From Eubacteriales bacterium (lineage in GTDB: Bacteria > Bacillota > Clostridia > Lachnospirales > Lachnospiraceae), in NCBI GenBank assembly GCA_030526665.1, contig JAUNCI010000003.1:1635-65634 (forward strand): a DNA stretch of 64,000 nucleotides. Reading direction: 5' to 3'. The notes beneath the pieces are model-generated. The model searched no databases, had not been told where the DNA came from, and worked only from the letters and a program-made list of their open reading frames with translations. The position numbers were made by a program, and so were the translations under genes. Each line of letters opens with the position of its first letter. Position 1 is the stretch's first letter. Below are positions 55,097 to 64,000 of the stretch, piece by piece.

Positions 55097-56047
55097 CTAC
55101 ATAACGTTTGTTACTACTTCATTGCCCTCTTCATCAATCGATGTGGAAACGGTATAACCATTGTAGTAATAATATCCTGTCTTTCCATCTTCCTGATCTT
55201 CAACGCTGCTGCTGTCCGGTTCTCCCATTCCGGAGAATAATTCATCCTTAGAAAGACCGATATAAGTTTTCGCATCGTTTGCTTCATCGGAATAAACATC
55301 TGTCTGTTCACCGGAATCATTCTGATTCTGATTCTGGTTATCAGATGAGTTTGAATTATCGTTGTTATTATCGGAATTCGTCTCCTCATCCTTTTTGCTG
55401 TCATCGGAATCAGATCTGCCCAGACGTTCTTTGACTTCCTGAAGTGTAGATACTGATTTGCTGCTTCCCTGAAGCAAATAGGTTGCATATGGAATCGAAT
55501 CATCTCCTTTTCCATCCAGCATTAATGTAACGCTGCTCATTTCACCTAATGGGAGTTTACGGAAATAAAATTCGCTTTCGTCCTCATCGGAGCAGATAAT
55601 ATATATATCATAGGCTGATACATTATCACCGTCTTCATTCACAGCTGTTTTCTCACAATAGTACGTAGCAAGATCATTATTGTTTAATTTCAGGGATTCG
55701 CCCAAAAGCTGCTCGCCCCATTCAGATCCGTCTGCAACATTCGGTCTGATGTACATTTTTGCAATTGTCAATCCCGTCTTATTTATAATCTGTACCTTTG
55801 ATGCGGTCGCAGTTTTGTTTCCGATCACGTTTTTATCCGGTGCAGCTGTAGGTGTTGTATTTTTCTGCATGTTCACTAAATTAGAATTTGCAGAAGGTGT
55901 TGGTGTAACAGTTTGTGTCGTTGTTTCAGCAGGGGCAACAGTCACCTGGGTTTCTGTGGTATCTGCAGCCTGTTCTTTTTTTCCGCAGCCTGAAGTCACC
56001 ATACATGCCGCCATTAAACCTGCGATCATGAGATATCTTTTCTTCAT
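55097..56047 (-). CDS. Lipoprotein of unknown function with a Ser/Asn/Asp/Gln low-complexity tract
   Basis: 316 aa. Signal peptide plus lipobox (MVTSGC). TTGACA-17-AATAAT promoter upstream at about 56094-56122. Confidence 0.7.
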   Translation of the reverse strand: MKKRYLMIAGLMAACMVTSGCGKKEQAADTTETQVTVAPAETTTQTVTPTPSANSNLVNMQKNTTPTAAPDKNVIGNKTATASKVQIINKTGLTIAKMYIRPNVADGSEWGEQLLGESLKLNNNDLATYYCEKTAVNEDGDNVSAYDIYIICSDEDESEFYFRKLPLGEMSSVTLMLDGKGDDSIPYATYLLQGSSKSVSTLQEVKERLGRSDSDDSKKDEETNSDNNNDNSNSSDNQNQNQNDSGEQTDVYSDEANDAKTYIGLSKDELFSGMGEPDSSSVEDQEDGKTGYYYYNGYTVSTSIDEEGNEVVTNVM

Positions 56048-56218
56048 TTTTCTGATCCTCCTTTATCTGGAATCTCATCTCTGCCATGATTTATTATTGC
56101 AAAGTATTCAAATATTGTCAACAAAACGCACTTGTTTTTAATAGGATTTTCACAATCTTTATAAATATGAAAGCAATCTTTTTACAAGTGTTTTCCAAAA
56201 GCCGAAAAGCTGCTTTGA

Positions 56219-56689
56219 TTATGAAAGATTTCGTATTTTAAAGTCTCTTTCCGCCTCACGTCTCTGATCTTTTTTGGCAATATCCTGTCGTTTATCATAT
56301 AATTTTTTACCTTTGGCAATACCGATTTCCACCTTTACAAGACTATCCTTGAAATAGACTTTCAATGGAATCAGCGTCAGGCCTTTTTCTTTGAGCTGGC
56401 TCTCAATTTTATTGATTTCATATCGGTGTAAAAGTAATTTGCGAACACGAAGCGGATCTTTGTTAAAAATATTTCCCTTCTCATATGGACTGATATTCAT
56501 TCCATATACATATACTTCGCCTCTCTCAATACGAATAAATGACTCTTTGATACTACATTTTCCCATACGCAGAGATTTTACTTCTGTGCCGGCCAAGGCG
56601 ATTCCGGCCTCATATGTCGCTTCAATAAAATAATCATGGTATGCTTTTTTGTTATTTGAAATAAGTATTGTACCTTTTTGTTTTGCCAT
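56219..56689 (-). CDS. smpB: SsrA-binding protein
   Basis: 156 aa, typical SmpB ([19 protein letters not shown]). Confidence 0.95.
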   Translation of the reverse strand: MAKQKGTILISNNKKAYHDYFIEATYEAGIALAGTEVKSLRMGKCSIKESFIRIERGEVYVYGMNISPYEKGNIFNKDPLRVRKLLLHRYEINKIESQLKEKGLTLIPLKVYFKDSLVKVEIGIAKGKKLYDKRQDIAKKDQRREAERDFKIRNLS

Positions 56690-56704
56690 TTTGCCCTCCT
56701 GAAA

Positions 56705-58765
56705 CTATGCCAGAACAAAATCGATCGTTTTCGTGATTACATCTGCATCGGCAACACGAATACGCACTTTTTCTCCCAGTCGATATACTTTTTTTGTCAC
56801 TTCTCCGCGAAGTTCATATGTATCCTGGTCAAACGAATAATAATCATCTGTCAGTGTACTGATATGAATCAATCCTTCTACCGTATTTTCCAGTTCAACA
56901 TACATTCCAAATCCTGTCACTCCGGATATAATACCTTCAAATTCTTCACCCAGATGATAGGACATATACTCCGCTTTTTTCAATTTATCTGATTCACGCT
57001 CGGCTTCCTCCGCACGTCTTTCACAAATACTGGACTGTGTTGCTACCTCATCCAGAATCTCGCGATATCGTTCGGTTCTGCCTTCACGCAATAAACGGCC
57101 TCTTAAATTATCTTTAATGATACGATGAATCTGCAGATCCGGATAACGACGGATCGGTGAAGTAAAGTGACAATAATACTTCGCTGCCAGTCCAAAATGT
57201 CCACTGCATTCTGTCGTATATTTTGCCTGTTTCATAGTACGAAGAGTCAAACGACTGATCTGTGCCTCATTTGGCATTCCTTCAATTCCTTCCAGAATTC
57301 CCTGAATTTCCTTTGGCGTAATCTCCTGTTTTTCTTTTTGTACATGGATTCCCTGATTATGTAGAAGCGTTAGTAATGCTTCTACCTTCTCCGGATCCGG
57401 ATTCTCATGTGTTCGATACACAAACGGAAATTCTCGATTACAATACTCCCTGGCAACCGTTTCGTTGGCAAGCAGCATAAAATCCTCAATAATTCTGGTT
57501 GCTACATTTGTCTCATATGGTCTGATATCGATTGCACGCCCTGCCGGACTGAGTATAATTTTACTTTCCGGGAATTCGAAATCGATGGAACCTCGATGAT
57601 GTCTCTTTTCTCTGAGAATCAGCGATAATTCTTTCATCATTATAAACATAGGCACCTGCTTTTTGTAACGATCAGTTGCCGCTTCGTCGGTCTCTTCGAG
57701 AATGTTTTTTACATCAGTATAACTCATTCTCTCATCAACGAGAATAATTGTTTCCGCAATCTTGTGTGAAATTACATTTCCCTGCTCATCAACATCCATC
57801 AGACAGCTTAATGTCAGACGTTCCTCTCCCTGATTCAGTGAACAGATTCCATTTGAAAGTTTCTCAGGAAGCATGGGAATCACACGATCCGCCAGATAAA
57901 CACTGGTTCCTCGTTTCAGTGCTTCTCTGTCAAGAGCACTTCCGCCCTGAACATAATTGCTGACATCCGCAATGTGAACACCCAGATGATAGATGCCATT
58001 TTCTTTGCTCAGAGAAATCGCATCATCCAGATCCTTTGCATCTTCCCCATCGATCGTTACCGTCATCAGATCCGTCAAATCGATACGGCCGTCACGGTCA
58101 GCATCCAGAACATAATCCGGCACACGACTTACCTGTGTCATAATTTTTGGGGAGAATTCCGTCGGAATATTGAAGCTTTTCACAATTGCCAGAATATCCG
58201 TTCCCGGTGCTCTGCAATTTCCGAGATTTTCAACTACGATACCTTCCGGTTTACGTTTATGATCACCATAATCAGTCACTTCCGCTACGACCTTATCCCC
58301 ATTTCTGACACCATGTGCAAATTTCTGCGGGATGAAAATATCTTTGGAAAACTTCGGATTATCGCTGATAACAAATCCATAATTGTGATTATACTGAAAA
58401 GTTCCGACGATCTGTTTCATTCCTCGCTCAACAATTCCCGTAATCACACCCTCACGGCGTTTTCCTTCTTTTTGTTTGTCATGAATAACCACTTTTACAC
58501 GGTCCTGATGCATTGCTGTGTTTGTATCATCTGCAGGAATAAAAATATCCTCGTCCATTCCTTCGATTTCAACAAATCCGAATCCTCTCGCATTACCGAT
58601 AAACACTCCTTCAGCTTCTGTACCGGAGACTTTCGGAAATACAAATCCGCCGCGTTTCTTTCCGGATCGTTTACCGGAATCGGATTTTTTCCCATGCATC
58701 AATTTCTCAATCTTATATTTTTTCTCTTTTTTCAGGCGTTTTTCCTGTTTTGATTTTTTACTCAA
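56705..58765 (-). CDS. rnr: Ribonuclease R
   Basis: 686 aa with cold-shock-like N-terminal domains, an RNB domain (DLDDA) and a C-terminal S1. Confidence 0.93.
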   Translation of the reverse strand: MSKKSKQEKRLKKEKKYKIEKLMHGKKSDSGKRSGKKRGGFVFPKVSGTEAEGVFIGNARGFGFVEIEGMDEDIFIPADDTNTAMHQDRVKVVIHDKQKEGKRREGVITGIVERGMKQIVGTFQYNHNYGFVISDNPKFSKDIFIPQKFAHGVRNGDKVVAEVTDYGDHKRKPEGIVVENLGNCRAPGTDILAIVKSFNIPTEFSPKIMTQVSRVPDYVLDADRDGRIDLTDLMTVTIDGEDAKDLDDAISLSKENGIYHLGVHIADVSNYVQGGSALDREALKRGTSVYLADRVIPMLPEKLSNGICSLNQGEERLTLSCLMDVDEQGNVISHKIAETIILVDERMSYTDVKNILEETDEAATDRYKKQVPMFIMMKELSLILREKRHHRGSIDFEFPESKIILSPAGRAIDIRPYETNVATRIIEDFMLLANETVAREYCNREFPFVYRTHENPDPEKVEALLTLLHNQGIHVQKEKQEITPKEIQGILEGIEGMPNEAQISRLTLRTMKQAKYTTECSGHFGLAAKYYCHFTSPIRRYPDLQIHRIIKDNLRGRLLREGRTERYREILDEVATQSSICERRAEEAERESDKLKKAEYMSYHLGEEFEGIISGVTGFGMYVELENTVEGLIHISTLTDDYYSFDQDTYELRGEVTKKVYRLGEKVRIRVADADVITKTIDFVLA

Positions 58766-58800
58766 GATTTATTGATCTCCTCTGATGTTTCCTATTATAC

Positions 58801-58825
58801 AAAAAAAGAGCCGCATAGCGACTCT
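58801..58825 (-). terminator. Intrinsic terminator after secG
   Basis: On the minus strand, AGAGTCGC tat GCGGCTCT is followed by TTTTTTT. Confidence 0.7.
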
Positions 58826-58879
58826 TATAGTTGCAAAGCATGCAAAGTGAACTTCCAATGAATGTTCGCTTTGTGTTTC

Positions 58880-59116
58880 TTAGAATTTTAAGTTCAATAC
58901 AAGTGCAAGTACAAAGAATAAAATTGCCATGATTCTTGTAGCTTTTACAAGTCCGCCTTCCATTGAACGACCTTTATTTTTACCCCAATAGGTATCCGCA
59001 GCACCGGCAATTGTACCAAGTCCCTGTGATTTACCTTCCTGCATCAATACAATAACTGTAAGTGCAATACAATCTATCGCAAAAATAATGGTAAGAAGAA
59101 TTCTTAATACACCCAT
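58880..59116 (-). CDS. secG: Preprotein translocase subunit SecG
   Basis: 78 aa with two TM helices. Conserved position upstream of rnr-smpB. Confidence 0.85.
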   Translation of the reverse strand: MGVLRILLTIIFAIDCIALTVIVLMQEGKSQGLGTIAGAADTYWGKNKGRSMEGGLVKATRIMAILFFVLALVLNLKF

Positions 59117-59175
59117 TCCTTTACACCTCCTAATCAGCTAGAGTCTATTCTAACATATGGTTTCTGTAATTGCAA

Positions 59176-60549
59176 CTAATTTTTATGTCGGATATAGTTT
59201 ATGGCATCCTTCACCCAGGAAACGTAAACCAGCTCAATTCCCTTTATTTTCTCTGTTGCAGTTCGGCATACTTCCGGCAAAATTACAGTTTGAAATCCAA
59301 GTTTTTTCGCTTCCTGCACTCGCTGTCCTGCCATGCTGACTGCACGCACTTCTCCACTCAAACCGATTTCTCCAAATGCCATCAGCGTAGACGGAATCAC
59401 TATATCTGTATAGCTTGACATGATTGCAAGGCAAATGCCCAGATCGATTGCAGGCTCATTCATTCGCATGCCCCCCGCAATATTTACGTACGCATCATAA
59501 GAAGATAACTCTACGCCAAGTTTTTTCTCCAATACAGCCATCAACAGATTTACTCTGTTAAAATCTGTTCCAACCGAGGTTCGTCTCGGAAGTCCGAAAT
59601 TACTTCGGCATACCAGTGCCTGAATTTCGACGAGTATCGGCCTCGTTCCTTCCATAGAACACGCTACCACAGAACCGGAGGAATCCTTTGGTCGTCCGTT
59701 CAGCAGATATTCTGATGGATTCTGTACTTCCACCAAACCGACATCTCTCATTTCAAATACACCGATTTCATTTGTGGATCCAAATCGATTTTTGACGCCT
59801 CTTAAGATTCGATAGGATGCATGGCGATCCCCTTCAAAATAAAGAACGGTATCCACCATATGTTCCAGGACTCTTGGACCGGCTACATTTCCTTCTTTTG
59901 TTACGTGTCCAACAATGAAAATAGACACTCCCATCCCTTTGGCAATCTGCATCAGCACATTGGTGGATTCGCGAACCTGCGATACGCTTCCGGGTGCTGA
60001 GCTGATATCCTCATGGAACATTGTCTGTATGGAATCGATAACCACGATCTGTGGTTTCTTTCTCTGAATGACCTCACGAATCGTCTCCAGATTTGTTTCA
60101 CACAGCAGCTGCAGATCATCTGTGAATTTTCCGATACGATCCGCTCTCAATTTAATCTGTCGCAGGGATTCCTCTCCTGAAATGTATAGAACAGAAACTT
60201 TGTCTTCTGCCAGATTTCGGCAAACCTGAAGCAAAAGTGTCGATTTGCCGATACCGGGATCGCCGCCTACCAGCACCAGGGAGCCCGGAACGATTCCGCC
60301 TCCCAGAACACGGTCAAGTTCACCGATTCTTGTTCCCTGTCTTTCATCATTCGTCAGATTAATCTGACTCAAAGCTTTTGGTTCTCGCTGCTCATCGCGA
60401 GTGGTTTTCGCTGCAGAGCCTGATTTTTTGCTCACCTTTTCTTCTACAAAGCTATTCCATTCACGACAGCCCGGACATTGTCCCATCCATTTGGCCGATT
60501 CATATCCACATTGCTGACAAAAATATACAATTTTCGTATTTGCTTTCAT
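59176..60549 (-). CDS. radA: DNA repair protein RadA (start ATG 60549; alternative TTG at 60558)
   Basis: About 457 aa with N-terminal zinc finger (CQQCGY..CPGC), Walker A GDPGIGKST, a KNRFG motif and a Lon-like C-terminus. Confidence 0.93.
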   Translation of the reverse strand: MKANTKIVYFCQQCGYESAKWMGQCPGCREWNSFVEEKVSKKSGSAAKTTRDEQREPKALSQINLTNDERQGTRIGELDRVLGGGIVPGSLVLVGGDPGIGKSTLLLQVCRNLAEDKVSVLYISGEESLRQIKLRADRIGKFTDDLQLLCETNLETIREVIQRKKPQIVVIDSIQTMFHEDISSAPGSVSQVRESTNVLMQIAKGMGVSIFIVGHVTKEGNVAGPRVLEHMVDTVLYFEGDRHASYRILRGVKNRFGSTNEIGVFEMRDVGLVEVQNPSEYLLNGRPKDSSGSVVACSMEGTRPILVEIQALVCRSNFGLPRRTSVGTDFNRVNLLMAVLEKKLGVELSSYDAYVNIAGGMRMNEPAIDLGICLAIMSSYTDIVIPSTLMAFGEIGLSGEVRAVSMAGQRVQEAKKLGFQTVILPEVCRTATEKIKGIELVYVSWVKDAINYIRHKN

Positions 60550-60624
60550 GCACTCCAACTTTCTATATTAATTCTTATCTATTCATTACCATCATAGATA
60601 CCAGCACAAATCCATATCAAATTA

Positions 60625-63090
60625 TTATTTTTCTACCGGAACAAAACGAATTTTTTTACCTCTGTACTGTACCTGAACGCTCTGTCCTGATTTTACATTT
60701 CCAAGCAGAATTTCATTTGCCAGTTCGTCTTCAATCTGGCTCTGAATTGCTCTTTTCAATGGTCGTGCACCGTATTTACTGTCAAAACCTGACTCACAGA
60801 TATGATCTCTGGCAGAGTTTGTTATCTGCAGTTTAATATCCATCTGTTCCTGGCATCTGTTCTTCAGATTCTTCAGTAGAATATTTACGATTTCACGGAT
60901 ATGCTCTTTATTAAGTGCATGGAATACCATAATTTCATCGATACGATTCAAAAATTCCGGTTTAAACATTCTGCGGACTTCTTCCATTACACCGGATTTC
61001 ATACGTTCATAATCCTGTTTTTCACTTTTTTGTGAAACAAAGCCCAGTTGCTTTGGCTCAATAATTGCTTGTGCACCGGCATTGGATGTCATGATGATGA
61101 TCGTCTGTTTGAAGTCAACTTTTCTGCCATGTGCATCTGTAATATGCCCATCATCCAGTACCTGTAATAAAATATTAAATACGTCCGGATGCGCTTTTTC
61201 AATTTCATCGAACAGAATGACGCTGTATGGATTTCTGCGTACTTTTTCACTCAATTGTCCGCCTTCATCGTAACCCACGTATCCCGGAGGTGAACCAATC
61301 AGTTTGGATACACTGTGTTTCTCCATATACTCCGACATATCAACTCGAATCATCGCCTGTTCACTTCCGAAAACAGCTTCTGCCAGTGCTTTCGATAATT
61401 CTGTTTTTCCGACACCGGTAGGTCCCAGGAACAGGAAGGAACCAATCGGACGATTTGGATCTTTCAATCCGACACGGCCGCGTTTTACCGCCTGTGATAC
61501 AGCCTTTACAGCCTCTTCCTGACCAATCACACGTTTATGCAGTTCTTTTTCCAGGCGAGCAAGACGTTTTGTTTCTCCCTCTGTCAATTTCTGAACCGGA
61601 ATTTTTGTCCAATCGGAAATAACATCCGCAATAGAGCTTTCTTTCACCTCTGCTGCTTTTCTTCTACGTTTTCCTTTGGCTGTTTTTTCCTTTTCGAGGG
61701 TACTTTCCAGAGCTCTCTGTCGATTCTGAATTTCTTTTGCCTCTTCAAGATTTCCTGATTTGATGGCATTTTCTTTTTCCAAAATCAGTTGTGTCAAAAG
61801 TTCTTCCTGCTCATTCACACTGTCATCTGCCTTGAATCCGGCAAGCTGTACTTTAGCACAGGCTTCATCGATCACATCAATTGCTTTGTCAGGCAGAAAT
61901 CGATCATTGATATATCGTGTTGACATCTTCACAGCAGCCTCGAGAGCTTCGTCTAAAATTACTACGCCATGATGTTTTTCATAATAAGGGCGAATCCCTC
62001 TCAAAATCTCAATCGTTTCTTCTTCTGTTGGTTCCTCTACGGTAACCGGCTGGAAACGACGTTCCAATGCGGCATCTTTTTCAATATATTTACGGTACTC
62101 TTCCAGTGTTGTCGCACCGATCAGCTGAATCTCACCTCTTGAAAGTGATGGTTTTAAAATGTTGGATGCATCCAGCGCACCTTCCGCTCCGCCGGCGCCG
62201 ATAATCGTATGAAGCTCATCGATAAACAGCAAAATACCTTTGTGTTCACGAACCTCATTGACCACATTACGAATTCGTTCTTCGAACTCACCACGATATT
62301 TGCTTCCCGCAACCATACCGGACAGATCCAATACGACAACACGTTTATTTTTTACGGTATCCGGAACATTTCCGGCCACGATTCTCTGTGCCAGGCTTTC
62401 TGCGATAGCCGTTTTTCCAACACCCGGTTCTCCAACCAGACATGGATTGTTTTTGGTACGTCTGCTTAAAATCTGGATTACTCTGGCAATTTCTCGATCT
62501 CGTCCTACTACCGGATCTAATTTTCCATCTGCCGCAAGTTTTGTCAAATCCCGACTATACTGATCCAGTGTCGGTGTTGTTGATACATTTTTTGCTCCCT
62601 GACTTTTGACTGACTGGAACTCTTCCTGAATGGAGTCTGCATCCATTCCCATTGCGGAGAGCACGGCCGCATAAAGTTTCTGAATATTCACACCCATCGT
62701 AAACAACAGACGGGTTGCAACACATTCTGTTTCTCTCAGCATCGCCAGCAAAATATGTTCTGTACCAATTTCCTCCTCACCGGATTCCAGTGCATTGTTC
62801 TGTGCCTGTTCTAAAACATGCATCGCACGTGGACTGTATTCCGGCATACGTTCATTTAAAACAGTATCGCTGTTATCCTGTGCAGAAGAAATCAGTTTTT
62901 GGATTAATTCAATCAGTTTTTCTTTCTCTACCTGAAATTCAGCCAGAATAAGAGAAGCCGTTCCTTCTTTTTCCATCAGCAGACCTGTCAGCAGATGTTC
63001 TGTTCCAATATAGCTCTGTCCCATCTGTTTCGCAGTCTTAACAGAAAAATTCAGAGCTTTTTTTGCCTGTTTCGTATAGTTTTTCTGCAT
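60625..63090 (-). CDS. clpC: ATP-dependent Clp protease ATP-binding subunit ClpC (class III stress AAA+ unfoldase)
   Basis: 821 aa with Clp_N repeats and two AAA+ modules (GEPGVGKT, GPTGVGKT). Confidence 0.93.
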   Translation of the reverse strand: MQKNYTKQAKKALNFSVKTAKQMGQSYIGTEHLLTGLLMEKEGTASLILAEFQVEKEKLIELIQKLISSAQDNSDTVLNERMPEYSPRAMHVLEQAQNNALESGEEEIGTEHILLAMLRETECVATRLLFTMGVNIQKLYAAVLSAMGMDADSIQEEFQSVKSQGAKNVSTTPTLDQYSRDLTKLAADGKLDPVVGRDREIARVIQILSRRTKNNPCLVGEPGVGKTAIAESLAQRIVAGNVPDTVKNKRVVVLDLSGMVAGSKYRGEFEERIRNVVNEVREHKGILLFIDELHTIIGAGGAEGALDASNILKPSLSRGEIQLIGATTLEEYRKYIEKDAALERRFQPVTVEEPTEEETIEILRGIRPYYEKHHGVVILDEALEAAVKMSTRYINDRFLPDKAIDVIDEACAKVQLAGFKADDSVNEQEELLTQLILEKENAIKSGNLEEAKEIQNRQRALESTLEKEKTAKGKRRRKAAEVKESSIADVISDWTKIPVQKLTEGETKRLARLEKELHKRVIGQEEAVKAVSQAVKRGRVGLKDPNRPIGSFLFLGPTGVGKTELSKALAEAVFGSEQAMIRVDMSEYMEKHSVSKLIGSPPGYVGYDEGGQLSEKVRRNPYSVILFDEIEKAHPDVFNILLQVLDDGHITDAHGRKVDFKQTIIIMTSNAGAQAIIEPKQLGFVSQKSEKQDYERMKSGVMEEVRRMFKPEFLNRIDEIMVFHALNKEHIREIVNILLKNLKNRCQEQMDIKLQITNSARDHICESGFDSKYGARPLKRAIQSQIEDELANEILLGNVKSGQSVQVQYRGKKIRFVPVEK

Positions 63091-63211
63091 TTTCCACTCC
63101 TATTTTTTTATTTTTCAAATATATATTTTCTATTACATACATAGTTCTACTAACATAACTCCGCTAATGCAGCTTTGTCGATATGTAGTTTTAGTGATAT
63201 ACAACTTTACG

Positions 63212-63580
63212 TTACATATATTCATCATATATCTCATCGATCAGATGATGCACTTCTTCTCTTGTAATACTTTTGCAATGTCCGCGCGCAAGTGCCACAA
63301 GCAGGTTCTGTTTCATCTCTTCCAGTGCTTTTAATTTATCCACATCGATTGCGATATAGGCACCTCTTCGTCTGTCCATTGCAACGAACCCTTCCTGACG
63401 AAGCAGCGCATACGCTTTATTTACCGTATGCATATTAATTCCAATCGTCTGTGCAAGCTGACGAACGGAAGGAAGTGAATCCCCTTCCTGTAATCTGGAA
63501 GTTGCTATTCCCATAATAATCTGGTTCACAAGCTGTAAATAGATTGCTTCCTCACTCTCAAAGTCTATTTCTATATACAT
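63212..63580 (-). CDS. GntR-family transcriptional regulator, short YtrA-like subtype
   Basis: 122 aa with a wHTH (LPSVRQLAQTIGINMHTVNKAYALLRQEG) and a short C-terminal helical tail. Confidence 0.85.
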   Translation of the reverse strand: MYIEIDFESEEAIYLQLVNQIIMGIATSRLQEGDSLPSVRQLAQTIGINMHTVNKAYALLRQEGFVAMDRRRGAYIAIDVDKLKALEEMKQNLLVALARGHCKSITREEVHHLIDEIYDEYM

Positions 63581-63689
63581 AAAGTGCTCCTATCGTATTT
63601 AAATCATTAACTCTTTCGTATTTTCGAAAAGATATTGTTATATATACTATAGCACATTATCATATTTTTCGGCAAAAATCAAGAATCGC

Positions 63690-63747
63690 AAAAAAAGAAG
63701 TGGTTCTGATTCCGCTCGCATGATAGGAACGGAAACAAAACCACTTT
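63690..63747 (-). terminator. Intrinsic terminator after the partial upstream gene
   Basis: On the minus strand, AAGTGGTTTTGTTTCCG ... CGGAATCAGAACCACTT is followed by CTTTTTTT. Confidence 0.7.
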
Positions 63748-63819
63748 CATAATTGATTCTTCTAAAAGTTGAATCGTCCTTAATTCTATGTACTTTGACT
63801 TTATTCTTTTCCCTAAGTT

Positions 63820-64000
63820 TTATCTTCCCAGAATTTTCTGAATCTGTTCTTTTGTCAGAGGGAGGTTAAAACCAAATGGATTGAATACAAATGCATGTGC
63901 TTCTTTGATCAAAAGATCCGGCAGTTTTTCAAACGGTACTCTCAAAACACGAATTTTCTGTGGATTTTTCTGTTTGTTGATCATTTTCTGGTATTTATCC
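63820..64000 (-). CDS. C-terminal end of an unidentified protein (N-terminus outside the window)
   Basis: Open reverse-strand frame to the window edge: ...DKYQKMINKQKNPQKIRVLRVPFEKLPDLLIKEAHAFVFNPFGFNLPLTKEQIQKILGR*. Stop codon at 63820-63822. A terminator follows. Confidence 0.5.
   Translation of the reverse strand, partial: DKYQKMINKQKNPQKIRVLRVPFEKLPDLLIKEAHAFVFNPFGFNLPLTKEQIQKILGR

Noticed and set aside
56048-56218. tmRNA (ssrA), which is often found just downstream of smpB
   Set aside because: The gap is only 171 nt. It contains no tRNA-like acceptor/T-arm and no tag reading frame, and it holds a promoter for the next operon instead.
57974-58753. Long antisense ORFs inside strong genes. 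Examples are 259 aa opposite rnr, 202 aa opposite carB (47160-47768), 187 aa opposite the permease (41040-41603) and 152 aa opposite ppk (8229-8687).
   Set aside because: These are shadow frames of highly conserved genes on the other strand. Their composition is low-complexity and Phe/Ile/Cys-rich, and they lack start context.
21374-63090. Inteins, introns or frameshifts in large housekeeping genes (dnaG, carB, rnr, radA, clpC)
   Set aside because: All are single uninterrupted ORFs of canonical length with contiguous family motifs. No insertions are apparent.

Overview
This 64-kb window looks like a low-GC, Gram-positive anaerobe chromosome (Clostridia or Lachnospiraceae-like). The evidence is gene order (dgt-dnaG-rpoD-trmK-nif3; pyrH-frr-uppS-cdsA-dxr-rseP; secG-rnr-smpB; radA-clpC) and a type-A RNase P RNA. 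Most of it is core housekeeping, mainly on the minus strand: ppk1-ppx, pheA, folC, pyrBI, carB, and the clusters above. I found no CRISPR array, transposase, integrase, prophage or recognisable defence genes, and no single obvious new multi-gene system. The most unusual items are listed here.

1. Two identical tRNA-Leu genes have an A34 anticodon (AAG). Each has its own promoter and a conserved structured leader. They flank a panE gene and a patch of tRNA-3'-end-like remnants.
2. An exactly phased 6 x 52-bp tandem array lies just upstream of the promoter of a Ni/Co ECF transporter (cbiM-PDGLE fusion, cbiQ, cbiO).
3. One operon couples an uncharacterised Trp-rich membrane protein and a ~950-aa multi-cluster Fe-S flavoprotein directly to hypA-hypB.
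4. An AT-rich polyol/sugar island at about 36.9-44.2 kb carries an ABC transporter, two Zn-dependent dehydrogenases and a ROK regulator.
5. Several uncharacterised envelope proteins are present: an 810-aa protein with a charged tail, one TM helix and a beta-propeller; a zinc-ribbon/TM/SH3b protein; and a secreted C26 gamma-glutamyl hydrolase.

All calls come from reading the sequence and the ORF track. No database search was run.
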